A stretch of DNA of 37,431 bases from an uncultured Paraburkholderia sp. GTDB taxonomy: Bacteria > Pseudomonadota > Gammaproteobacteria > Burkholderiales > Burkholderiaceae. The notes under the pieces are model-generated. The model saw only the letters and a program-made list of their open reading frames with translations. It was not told the DNA's origin and searched no databases. The position numbers and the translations under genes are program-made. The DNA lies in NCBI GenBank assembly GCA_937917025.1, contig CALFSF010000220.1:1-37431 (forward strand), given 5' to 3'. Positions 8,523-16,765 of this stretch are shown here, piece by piece (position 1 is the first letter of the stretch; each line of letters begins with the position of its first letter).

Positions 8523-9602
8523 ATGCTGCCCAATGCCGACAGGATTGCCGACTGGTTGCTCTCCGGCCTCGAGCTGAAGAGCTCGATTTTTCACGTCGGC
8601 CAGTATTGCGGCACGTGGCAGGCGTCGACGGCGGGACGCCACCGCGCGAGCTTCCATCTCGTGCTGCACGGCGAATGCTGGCTGCATCTTCCCGCCGCCA
8701 CGGAGCGCGCCGCGCACAGCATACGGCTCACCGAAGGCGACGCCGTGTTCCTGCTGCACGACATGCCGCACTGTCTTTCGCCCGATCCCCGGCCGCCTGT
8801 AACCGGCCACGAAAGCGGGCGCATCGGCTCGATGTCGCCGCTGACGTCGCCGCGGGATGTGTCTGCGGCAGGCAATGAAAGCGTCGGCATCGCCTGCGGG
8901 TTTTTCGAATTCAGTTCCGGTCTCGACGACATGTTGCTGAGCCTGCTGCCCGATCACATCGTCGCGCGGCACGACAACCCGTCGCTCGACGGCGCGCGGG
9001 CCGTTTTCGAACTGATTCGCGCCGAAGCGCACCGCGACCCACACGTTCCGTCGCCACTGATCGCGCGCCTCATCGATTTGCTGTTCGTCTATGCGCTGCG
9101 CGCCCTTGGCGGCCGCGATGAAATCGCGCCATGCTTCTGGTCGCTGATGCGTCGTCCGGAATTCGCGCCGCTCGTGAGCGCGATCGTCGAGTCGCCGGGC
9201 GAGCGCTGGACGACCGATTCGATGGCGAGCTTCGTCCACATGTCGCGCTCACGCTTTTGCAAGCAGTTCGTCGATATCTCCGGTCAGCCGCCCGCACAAT
9301 TCGTCACGCTGATCCGCATGAAGCTGGCGGCTGCGATGCTGCGCGGCGGCGCACGCACGCCGGATGCCGCCGAACGCGTTGGCTATCAGTCGGAATCGGC
9401 GTTCGCGCAGGCGTTCAAACGTGTCACCGGCGTCCAGCCCGGCGCGTGGCGACGCTCGCGCATCGCGGGCGAGGTGGAACCTCAGCGCGCGCCGGCCGGC
9501 GCACCCAACGACTTGAAATCGAAACCGGCCGTACCGCTGCTTTCCCGCTATGGAAATTTGGCAAGGAAGCGATCCTTAAGCGTAGGCGGTAAGTCGATAT
9601 AG
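8523..9602 (+). CDS. AraC family regulator with Cupin_6 N-terminus (RclR-like)
   Basis: FHVGQYCGTW, FHLVLHGECW, IACGFF and a C-terminal HTH VGYQSESAFAQAFKR; start set at ATG 8523. Confidence 0.88.
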   Translation: MLPNADRIADWLLSGLELKSSIFHVGQYCGTWQASTAGRHRASFHLVLHGECWLHLPAATERAAHSIRLTEGDAVFLLHDMPHCLSPDPRPPVTGHESGRIGSMSPLTSPRDVSAAGNESVGIACGFFEFSSGLDDMLLSLLPDHIVARHDNPSLDGARAVFELIRAEAHRDPHVPSPLIARLIDLLFVYALRALGGRDEIAPCFWSLMRRPEFAPLVSAIVESPGERWTTDSMASFVHMSRSRFCKQFVDISGQPPAQFVTLIRMKLAAAMLRGGARTPDAAERVGYQSESAFAQAFKRVTGVQPGAWRRSRIAGEVEPQRAPAGAPNDLKSKPAVPLLSRYGNLARKRSLSVGGKSI

Positions 9603-10057
9603 CCCTTTCCGTCAGACGCCGAAGTATCGTAAATAAGCTTGTCCTTGTTTATGGTCCACGTCAGCTTAACTCTGTCAAGTTCCAAATAGGTTCGCTCGGC
9701 GAGCAATGTCATATCACTTCTTCGATAGACCCTCAGCAAAATTTCCCTGTTGCCCAGGTAGGCGTACCTTGCGATATACAGGCCGCCGTCTTCGTCCGAT
9801 ATGCTCTCGCCTGACATATGCGCGTTGATGCGCTCGCGGGCATCGGCCTGATACCTGAGTGAAAACACGACCAGGAGAAAAAGCGCTGTCCCGAGGACGA
9901 TCCTTATTCCGGCCTTTTTAAATCGCGCCTTCCGCCCAGTTTTCCCAGAGAAGACGTAGAGTGCCGCCAGTAGCAAACAGAGCGATATGGCGATCACGGC
10001 GCACACCACCATCGCGCCAATCCAGACCGACTGGGCGTATAGCGCAAGTCCATTCAT
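9548..10057 (-). CDS. Membrane protein with two TM helices, putative immunity protein
   Basis: Two hydrophobic segments plus a soluble C-terminus; ATGA-type overlap with the upstream gene; low GC. Confidence 0.6.
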   Translation of the reverse strand: MNGLALYAQSVWIGAMVVCAVIAISLCLLLAALYVFSGKTGRKARFKKAGIRIVLGTALFLLVVFSLRYQADARERINAHMSGESISDEDGGLYIARYAYLGNREILLRVYRRSDMTLLAERTYLELDRVKLTWTINKDKLIYDTSASDGKGYIDLPPTLKDRFLAKFP

Positions 10058-11220
10058 TTGTAGTACACCCTGATCGGAGTTTTAAGGCGTATAGGTACAC
10101 AGTCGCTATAGATGATGAAGTCGCCGCCCTGCCTGTGTCTCATTTGCCACTCTCTGAACGTGGAGTTCTTCACGGGATAGTAGACCATGTACTTTGGACC
10201 CGATGTGTAGATAGCGACCGGGAATTCCAGCCAGTCAATGTTCGAAACCTGGGCTGCAACAAAGGTGGGGACAACGATAACGCCCTTCCTGTTCCAATGT
10301 CCGAGATACTGTGATGCTTCGTCTGGTTTGGTGCCGAACGTGTAGCTATCTTTCACGTATACGACAATATGCGTCACCGTCATAACACCGGGCTCAATCC
10401 GCGCACTGGCAATAGCCGCATAGAAATTGAAGGAACCAAGCGCGGCTGTCAGGTCGTCGGGTGTTCCTCGCGATTGTTCCGCAATGAACATCGCGAATTT
10501 CTGTTCAAGCGTGCCATCGACGCTACCTAGCTGAAACTGGAACCGCTTATGTAGCGACGGCAAGTCGGGGCACTCTTTCCAGGCATTCAGATCGACAATT
10601 CCGCGTCGAGCGTATGGTGCAAGTTTCCTTAAGACTTCGTTCCTTGCCAACTCATTGTAGATAGCGGTATTGATCAAAAATTCGTATCGCTCCTTTGCGC
10701 GCGAAAATTCAAGAATCCAATCCATTTTTATGGTCTTGCTATCTATCATGCCTGGCGGATAGGGCTTTCCGTCCTGATTTGTCATTGCAGCTTCGGCGGC
10801 ATCGTCGGGAGAATAGTTCAACTCGCCAGCGAACCATTTTTCCATCAGCTTTGCCCCAACTGGCATATGCGTTGCACGCATCGCGTCGGGAATTTCCTGA
10901 ATGTCAAACGGTGGCGCGACTTCAACTTTCTTTTCTGCAGCAGGCTTTTTCTGCTTCGGTGGATCGGACGAATCAAGCCATTTCTTGAAGCTTGATATCA
11001 CAGCAAACGTGTTGGCGCGGCGCTCTTCCGGGGTAGGCCATCTGGCCGGTGGCTTTGGGGGTGGTTTCGGTTGATCGCGCAACGCGGGTGGGGCTTTGTT
11101 CAGCGACAGCACCGTATCGCGCACGATGTGACAACCGTCCTCACCATCGTATAGCGTCCACGTCCACAGTATTTTATTGATCTTGTAGTAAGGGATACTG
11201 CCGAAAATTAGTGAGGACAT
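10054..11220 (-). CDS. DUF6402-like protein, putative T6SS-associated effector
   Basis: DDLTAALGSFNFYAAI, VYVKDSYTF, SQYLGHWN and FREWQMRHRQGGDFIIYSD motifs recalled for this family; low GC; next to a PAAR relic. Confidence 0.65.
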   Translation of the reverse strand: MSSLIFGSIPYYKINKILWTWTLYDGEDGCHIVRDTVLSLNKAPPALRDQPKPPPKPPARWPTPEERRANTFAVISSFKKWLDSSDPPKQKKPAAEKKVEVAPPFDIQEIPDAMRATHMPVGAKLMEKWFAGELNYSPDDAAEAAMTNQDGKPYPPGMIDSKTIKMDWILEFSRAKERYEFLINTAIYNELARNEVLRKLAPYARRGIVDLNAWKECPDLPSLHKRFQFQLGSVDGTLEQKFAMFIAEQSRGTPDDLTAALGSFNFYAAIASARIEPGVMTVTHIVVYVKDSYTFGTKPDEASQYLGHWNRKGVIVVPTFVAAQVSNIDWLEFPVAIYTSGPKYMVYYPVKNSTFREWQMRHRQGGDFIIYSDCVPIRLKTPIRVYYK

Positions 11221-11310
11221 TTTTTAGAATGGAGATAAGTGTTCGCTAGAAACGGATTTCAAACCTGGAGCCTTGACCGGCGACCAACGTTTCGATCCCG
11301 GCGATGGACC

Positions 11311-11445
11311 TCATACATATGGTTCTGCGATGCGCAGCATACGCGGAGACGGCTCGTACCCGCACGCGCAGATGTCGCCATTCAGCATGGACCGGTTTCC
11401 CATGGAGGTCGATTCGTCGTGCAATTTCAGGTTGTATCGCCTCAT
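11311..11445 (-). pseudogene. Degenerate PAAR-domain gene (internal deletion plus frameshift)
   Basis: AAGGA RBS, then MRRYNLKLHDESTS-MGNRSMLNGDICACGYEPSPRML; ASQNHMYE follows in a shifted frame. This matches the start and the DxCxC end of Burkholderia-type PAAR proteins with the middle missing. Confidence 0.65.
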
Positions 11446-11743
11446 GGGCGTCGGCTTTCCTTGTCGCGCTGGGTGGGGACTTTGTGCGCGTGGCAGGGAT
11501 ACCGCCGGTCAATCAGCAGCGACGGATGTCCATGCTGCTCGCGCAAAGCACGAGGATAGGCAGATATGCCTTTTCGGCGGCTTGCGTCAGATCAATGAAT
11601 CAGGATAACGAAGGTCGTACGACGCGTCTTTGTAGCGAGACTGGTTCGATAAGGTACCTTCGCGAGCCGTATCCGTTGCCCGTCCAAACAGCCGTTGCGC
11701 AGAACGCGCCGCGCTGCCCTGGTTTCCATACGAAAACGCTTGT

Positions 11744-11893
11744 CTGGCGCGTACCAGCGACATCCCCTACCACGTGCTGGAAATGACCTGCCAGCAGTAC
11801 CTGCGGCAGGCATCGCTACACGCGGCCAACGACTGCATCAGCAACGTCATCGCCGCGCTACCGATCTTTCCTTATTACTCGTTCGACCTTGAT
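11744..11893 (+). pseudogene. Tn3-family transposase internal fragment
   Basis: LARTSDIPYHVLEMTCQQYLRQASLHAANDCISNVIAALPIFPYYSFDLD resembles the TnpA segment just before the catalytic DGQ motif, which is absent here. Confidence 0.7.
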
Positions 11894-11962
11894 GGGGTCC
11901 TAAGCGAGAATCCCAGATTGAATCGCCATCCTCCATCGCCGCATCAGCTCTCGTAACCAGCA

Positions 11963-11997
11963 GGACAAAACCGCATAAATCGCGGACAGCGGCGCAT
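11963..11997 (+). promoter_or_regulatory. Candidate AraC-family operator: direct repeat GGACA-N4-CGCAT at 21-bp period
   Basis: ggacaaaaccgcat (11963-11976) and ggacagcggcgcat (11984-11997), upstream of the AhpD-like gene. Confidence 0.6.
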
Positions 11998-12050
11998 TGC
12001 CCGTACACGGTCCGGCAATCAGAATGAACGCTTCTCTGCGAGGATCCGAC

Positions 12051-12617
12051 ATGAGCCGTGTACCGCTGCATACCCTTGAAAGCGCGCCCGAGGCGAGCCG
12101 TCCCTATCTCGAACGCGCGCTGGCCGCCAACGGCTTTCTGCCGAACCTCGTGGCGTCGTTGGCGAATGCGCCGACGGCGCTCGAAACGTATCTGACCGTC
12201 GCCGAAATCAACGGCCGCAGCGGCCTCACCCTCGCCGAACGCGAGACGGTGCAGATCACGGCAGCGGGCATCCACGGCTGCGGATTCTGCGTCGCCGGAC
12301 ACACCGCGATCGCGTTGAAGAAGGCGCAACTGGCGCCGCAACTGGTCGAAGCCATCCGCGCGCAGGAACCGCTCAGCGATGCGCGTCTCGACGCCGTCGC
12401 GGTCTTCACGCGAGCGGTGATCGCCACGCGCGGCGCGGTGCATGACGACGCGCTCGCGTCTTTCCGTGACGCCGGTTTCAGCGACGCCAACGCGCTCGAA
12501 GTCGTGCTCGGCGTGAGTCTCGCGACGCTTTGCAACTTCGCCAACAATCTCGCGCAAAACGAATTGAATCCGCAACTGGCCGCGTACCGGTGGGAAGCCG
12601 GCGCGCAAGCCGCATGA
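12051..12617 (+). CDS. Carboxymuconolactone decarboxylase / AhpD-like alkylhydroperoxidase family protein
   Basis: GFLPNL, ERETVQI, GCGFCVAGH (CxxC) and TLCNFANN motifs; AGGA RBS. Confidence 0.9.
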   Translation: MSRVPLHTLESAPEASRPYLERALAANGFLPNLVASLANAPTALETYLTVAEINGRSGLTLAERETVQITAAGIHGCGFCVAGHTAIALKKAQLAPQLVEAIRAQEPLSDARLDAVAVFTRAVIATRGAVHDDALASFRDAGFSDANALEVVLGVSLATLCNFANNLAQNELNPQLAAYRWEAGAQAA

Positions 12618-13717
12618 AACCGTTTTCGCTGCTCACGGTAGCGCCGGAACTCGCCGCCTGGCTCGATGCGAACGCGGAGGCGATCGACGCCGGCCAGGAA
12701 CTCGCCCCGGCCATCCTGCCGCAGATCGGTCGCGCTGACCTGTTCAGGATCGGCGTGCCGGCCGATGCCGGTGGTCTGGACGGCACGACCGTCGACGCAA
12801 TCGAAGCAATCGCGAGTGTCGCCGGCTACTCGCTGGCGGCGGCATTCGTGTTCTGGGGGCAGCGCACGTTCATCGAATACGTTCTGCAAAGCCAGAACGA
12901 AGCGCTGCGCGCGCGCTCGCTGCCGACGCTGTTGCGCGGCGCGCTGGCGGGCGCGACCGGTCTGTCGAACGCGATGAAATATCTGTCGGATATCGAGCCG
13001 CTGCAGATGAAGGCGACGCCGATCGACGACGCAAACGCGCCTCCACGCTGGACGCTGAACGGCAGTCTGCCGTGGATCACGAACCTGCGCCGCGAGGGGT
13101 TTCTTGCGGCGGCCGCGTTCGATCACAGCGACGGTGCACCGCCTTCCATCTTCGCTATTCCTCACGACGCGCCCGGCGTGATCCGCGGTGACGATCTCGA
13201 TCTGATCGCACTGCGTTCGAGCAATACGGCGGCGCTGACGCTCGACGGCGCGGCGCTCGACGCGAGCTGGCAGATCGCCGCGAACGCGCCCGCCTTTCTC
13301 GCGTGCGTGCGCCCCGCATTCCTCGGCCTGCAATGCGGGATGTCGATCGGCCTTGCACGACGCGCACTGATCGCCGTCGCGGGAAGCAGCGCCGCGACCC
13401 GCGCCGCTGTCGCGGACGAAGCCACGCAACTTGCGCGCGACCTCGATGCGCTGACAGAGCGGCTTTTCGACGGCATTCAGCACGGCACGTTCGTCCACGC
13501 GCCCGCGCGCCTGTTCGAGGTGCGGATCGGGCTCGCCGCCGTCGTCGACGCAGCCGTGAGGCTCGAAGTCCTGGCCGCCGGCGGCCGTGGCTACCTGCGC
13601 GGTCAGGGCGGCGCTGCGCGCCGCACGCGCGAGGCCGCGTTCGTGCCGATTGTCACGCCGAGCATCGTGCAACTGAAAAACCAGCTCGCGCAGCATCGAC
13701 CGACGCAGGCCGCATGA
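12614..13717 (+). CDS. Acyl-CoA dehydrogenase-fold flavoprotein (non-canonical)
   Basis: GATGLSNAMK, LNGSLPWITN, ALRSSNTA, GGRGYL and RRTREAAFVPIVTPS motifs. Confidence 0.85.
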   Translation: MKPFSLLTVAPELAAWLDANAEAIDAGQELAPAILPQIGRADLFRIGVPADAGGLDGTTVDAIEAIASVAGYSLAAAFVFWGQRTFIEYVLQSQNEALRARSLPTLLRGALAGATGLSNAMKYLSDIEPLQMKATPIDDANAPPRWTLNGSLPWITNLRREGFLAAAAFDHSDGAPPSIFAIPHDAPGVIRGDDLDLIALRSSNTAALTLDGAALDASWQIAANAPAFLACVRPAFLGLQCGMSIGLARRALIAVAGSSAATRAAVADEATQLARDLDALTERLFDGIQHGTFVHAPARLFEVRIGLAAVVDAAVRLEVLAAGGRGYLRGQGGAARRTREAAFVPIVTPSIVQLKNQLAQHRPTQAA

Positions 13718-14508
13718 GCGACGTGACCAACATGGCCGCGCCACGCGTCGATGTACGCGAAGTCGGGCTCAGTTATGCGGGGCGGCGCCTGCTGAACGGC
13801 ATCGATCTCAGCGTGTGGCCTGGCGAGCTCGTATCCGTCCTCGGGCCGAGCGGCTCTGGCAAATCGACGTTGCTGCGCATCGTCGCGGGATTGCAGAAGC
13901 CGACGTCGGGACACGTGATCGTCGATGACGCACCGCTCGAAGGACCGCGCCCCGACGTCGCGCTCGCGTTTCAGGATCCGTGTCTGCTGCCGTGGCTGTC
14001 GGTGGAAAAGAATGTCGCGTTCGGGCTGGGTTTCGCGCGTCAACCGCACCTGTCGCGCGGCGAACGGCGTGCGCGGGTCACTGCTGCATTGGACGAGGTG
14101 GGTCTCGCGCACGCGCGTCACCACGCGCCGAGGCAGCTGTCGGGCGGCATGGCGCAGCGCGCGGCGCTCGCGCGCTGCCTTGCCCGCCAGCCGCGCACGC
14201 TGCTGCTGGACGAGCCGTTCGGCGCGCTCGACGAAGTCACGCGCGGCGACATGCAGCGGCTGCTTCTCAACGTCGTGCGCGACACGAACGCGGCGACCGT
14301 GCTCGTCACGCACGATATCGACGAGGCGCTACTCGTGTCCGACCGCATCGTGCTGCTCGGCAACCGCGGAACGCTGATCCTGCAACTGGCCGTCGACATT
14401 CCGACACCTCGCGATGCGCACGTCGAGGCACTCGGCGCGTTGCGCATCCAGATTCTCCAGGCGCTGCGCGACGCGATGTCGCGCGCGCCGCTTCCCGCCC
14501 ACACCTAG
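13714..14508 (+). CDS. ABC transporter ATP-binding protein (nitrate/sulfonate type)
   Basis: GPSGSGKST, LSGGMAQR, LLLDEPFGALD. Confidence 0.92.
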   Translation: MSDVTNMAAPRVDVREVGLSYAGRRLLNGIDLSVWPGELVSVLGPSGSGKSTLLRIVAGLQKPTSGHVIVDDAPLEGPRPDVALAFQDPCLLPWLSVEKNVAFGLGFARQPHLSRGERRARVTAALDEVGLAHARHHAPRQLSGGMAQRAALARCLARQPRTLLLDEPFGALDEVTRGDMQRLLLNVVRDTNAATVLVTHDIDEALLVSDRIVLLGNRGTLILQLAVDIPTPRDAHVEALGALRIQILQALRDAMSRAPLPAHT

Positions 14509-14521
14509 AAGGCAAATCCGC

Positions 14522-15712
14522 ATGTGCCAGCTTCCGTTGTCCCGCCGCGAGTGGTTGAAACTCGCCTCGATGTTCACCGTCGCCGGCGCCGCGCCGTTAC
14601 TCGGCGCGCTGAATGCGCGCGCCGCCACCGATCCCGACGCACCCGTGCGCATCGGTTACCTGCCGATCACCGACGCCGCCCCGCTGCTGGTCGCGCACAA
14701 CAACGGCTATTTCGAGGCAGCGGGCCTCGCCGTCGAAAAACCCACGCTGCTTCGCAGCTGGGCGCAACTCGTCGAGGCGTTTCTGTCGGGCCAGGTCAAC
14801 GTCGTCCATCTGCTCGCACCAATGACAATCTGGGCACGCTACGGCGGCCAGGCACCGGCAAAGGTCGTCGCGTGGAATCACGTGAACGGTTCCGCGCTGA
14901 CCGTTTTGCCGGATATCGACAAGCTCGCCGATCTTGGCGGCAAGACTGTGGCGGTGCCGTTCTGGTACTCGATTCACAACGTCGTCTTGCAGGACATGCT
15001 GCGCGCTCAGGGGCTCGCTCCCGTGCTGAAGAAAGACGGCGAACTCAAGGCGAACGAAGTCAGGCTCGTCGTGATGGCGCCGCCCGACATGCCGCCCGCG
15101 CTGGCGTCGCGACAGATCGCCGGATTCATCGTCGCCGAGCCGTTCGACGCGGCCGCCGAAGCGTTGAAGGTTGGCAAGGTGCTGCGCTTTACCGGCGACG
15201 TCTGGAAGAATCATGCGTGCTGCGTCGTGTTCATGCACGAGCGCGATCTGACGGAGCGCGCCGCGTGGTCGCAGAAGGTTGTCGACGCGATCGTCAAGGC
15301 TCAGGTGTGGACGCGCGCGCATCCGCAGGACGCCGCGCAACTGCTGTCGAAAAGCGGCAGGAACCATTACACGCCGCACACCGCCGGGATACTGGCCAGC
15401 GTGCTTGCACCGCCGCCTGGTGACGAGGGCCGCTATCTCGCCGATCACGCGATCGTCCATGGGGACTGGCACGCGAAGCGGATCGACTTTCAGCCGTATC
15501 CCTATCCGACGTATACCGAAGAACTCGTGAAGCGTCTGAAGACCACGCAGGCCGAGGGCAACGGGCAGTTTCTGAGCGCGCTCGATCCGGCCTTCGTCGC
15601 GCGCGATCTGGTGGACGACCGTTTCGTGAGGAAGAGTATCGATGCAGCCGGCGGCATGAAGGTGTTCGGGTTGCCCGATGGTTTCACCCGCACGGAGACA
15701 ATCATTGTCTAG
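14522..15712 (+). CDS. ABC substrate-binding protein (CmpA/NrtA-like) with a Tat-type signal
   Basis: SRREWLK twin-arginine motif, IGYLPITDAAPL, VAEPF and NHACC. Confidence 0.9.
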   Translation: MCQLPLSRREWLKLASMFTVAGAAPLLGALNARAATDPDAPVRIGYLPITDAAPLLVAHNNGYFEAAGLAVEKPTLLRSWAQLVEAFLSGQVNVVHLLAPMTIWARYGGQAPAKVVAWNHVNGSALTVLPDIDKLADLGGKTVAVPFWYSIHNVVLQDMLRAQGLAPVLKKDGELKANEVRLVVMAPPDMPPALASRQIAGFIVAEPFDAAAEALKVGKVLRFTGDVWKNHACCVVFMHERDLTERAAWSQKVVDAIVKAQVWTRAHPQDAAQLLSKSGRNHYTPHTAGILASVLAPPPGDEGRYLADHAIVHGDWHAKRIDFQPYPYPTYTEELVKRLKTTQAEGNGQFLSALDPAFVARDLVDDRFVRKSIDAAGGMKVFGLPDGFTRTETIIV

Positions 15713-16553
15713 CGTATCCGCGCGCTCCGCCGCTCCCGCCGGGGCCGGAACGGGCGCCACGCCGCGCGCCGCCACCCGCTGGTCCGGGTGGCCCGCGCGG
15801 ACGCTGCTGGGGCTCGCCGGCCTCGTTGCCATCGTCGCGCTCTGGTGGCTGGCGATCGCCGCGATGGCGGGCGCGAGCACGCTGGCCGCGCAGTTTTCGC
15901 CGGCGCGTGCGCTTGCGACGCTGCCGTCTCTCGTCACCGACGACCGCCTGTTCGTTCACATCGCGACGAGCCTGCGGCGCATTGCCATCGGACTCGCGTG
16001 GGCGATGGCGGTCGGCGTGCCGCTCGGTTTTCTGATCGGACGAGTGAAATCGCTCGATACCGCGCTGTCGCCGACGCTCCAGTTTCTACGGATGATTTCG
16101 CCGCTATCGTGGATGCCAATCGCCGTGATGTCGCTTGGCGTTGGCGACCGCGCCGTTTATTTTCTGCTGGCGTTCGCGGCCGTCTGGCCGCTCATGATGA
16201 ACACGGCAGCCGGCGTCGCGCAGATCGACCGGCGCTGGTTGCAACTCGGCACGAGCCTCGCGGCGACGCGCAGCGAAATGCTGTTGCACGTGTACGTGCC
16301 AGGCATCGCCGCGCATGTGTTGACCGGCGTGCGGCTCGCCATCGGCATTCTGTGGATCGTGCTCGTGCCGGCGGAAATGCTCGGAGTCAGTTCGGGGCTG
16401 GGCTATCTGGTTCTCGATACGCGCGACCGGCTCGCGTATTCAGAACTGACGGCGGTGATACTCGTGATCGGCGCGCTGGGCTTTATGCTGGACTATGCGG
16501 CGCGCCTCGTCTACCGGCGCTTCGGCGCCGCGGAGTTGGGGCAGGACCGATAG
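15705..16553 (+). CDS. ABC transporter permease (nitrate/sulfonate type)
   Basis: LRMISPLSWMP and LVPAEMLGVSSGLGY; the start is uncertain (TTG 15705 or ATG 15678). Confidence 0.9.
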   Translation: MSSVSARSAAPAGAGTGATPRAATRWSGWPARTLLGLAGLVAIVALWWLAIAAMAGASTLAAQFSPARALATLPSLVTDDRLFVHIATSLRRIAIGLAWAMAVGVPLGFLIGRVKSLDTALSPTLQFLRMISPLSWMPIAVMSLGVGDRAVYFLLAFAAVWPLMMNTAAGVAQIDRRWLQLGTSLAATRSEMLLHVYVPGIAAHVLTGVRLAIGILWIVLVPAEMLGVSSGLGYLVLDTRDRLAYSELTAVILVIGALGFMLDYAARLVYRRFGAAELGQDR

Positions 16554-16671
16554 CAACATTGCCGGCATTCGGATTCGTCTGATGCGCCAGGTCCCGGCGG
16601 TTGTTTCATCGTGCCGGGGCGTCGCCGTTTTTCCAGACACCTCCGCTTCCGCATGATCGTCGCGCAAGCAA

Positions 16672-16706
16672 GGTCTGGTCATCTGCTTTACGCGGATGAC
16701 CAGACC
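16672..16706. terminator. Strong stem-loop between convergent operons
   Basis: ggtctggtcatctgc-tttac-gcggatgaccagacc: 15-bp stem with one G-U pair; weak U-tract. Confidence 0.5.
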
Positions 16707-16765
16707 AGATCAACGGATAGCCGAACGCCAGCGGCCGCGTTCCACGTGCTGGCCGGGAACCCGAC

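Noticed and set aside
11246-11512. 88-aa ORF as a real gene
   Set aside because: The PAAR-like signal is in a different frame (11311-11445); this ORF is most likely incidental.
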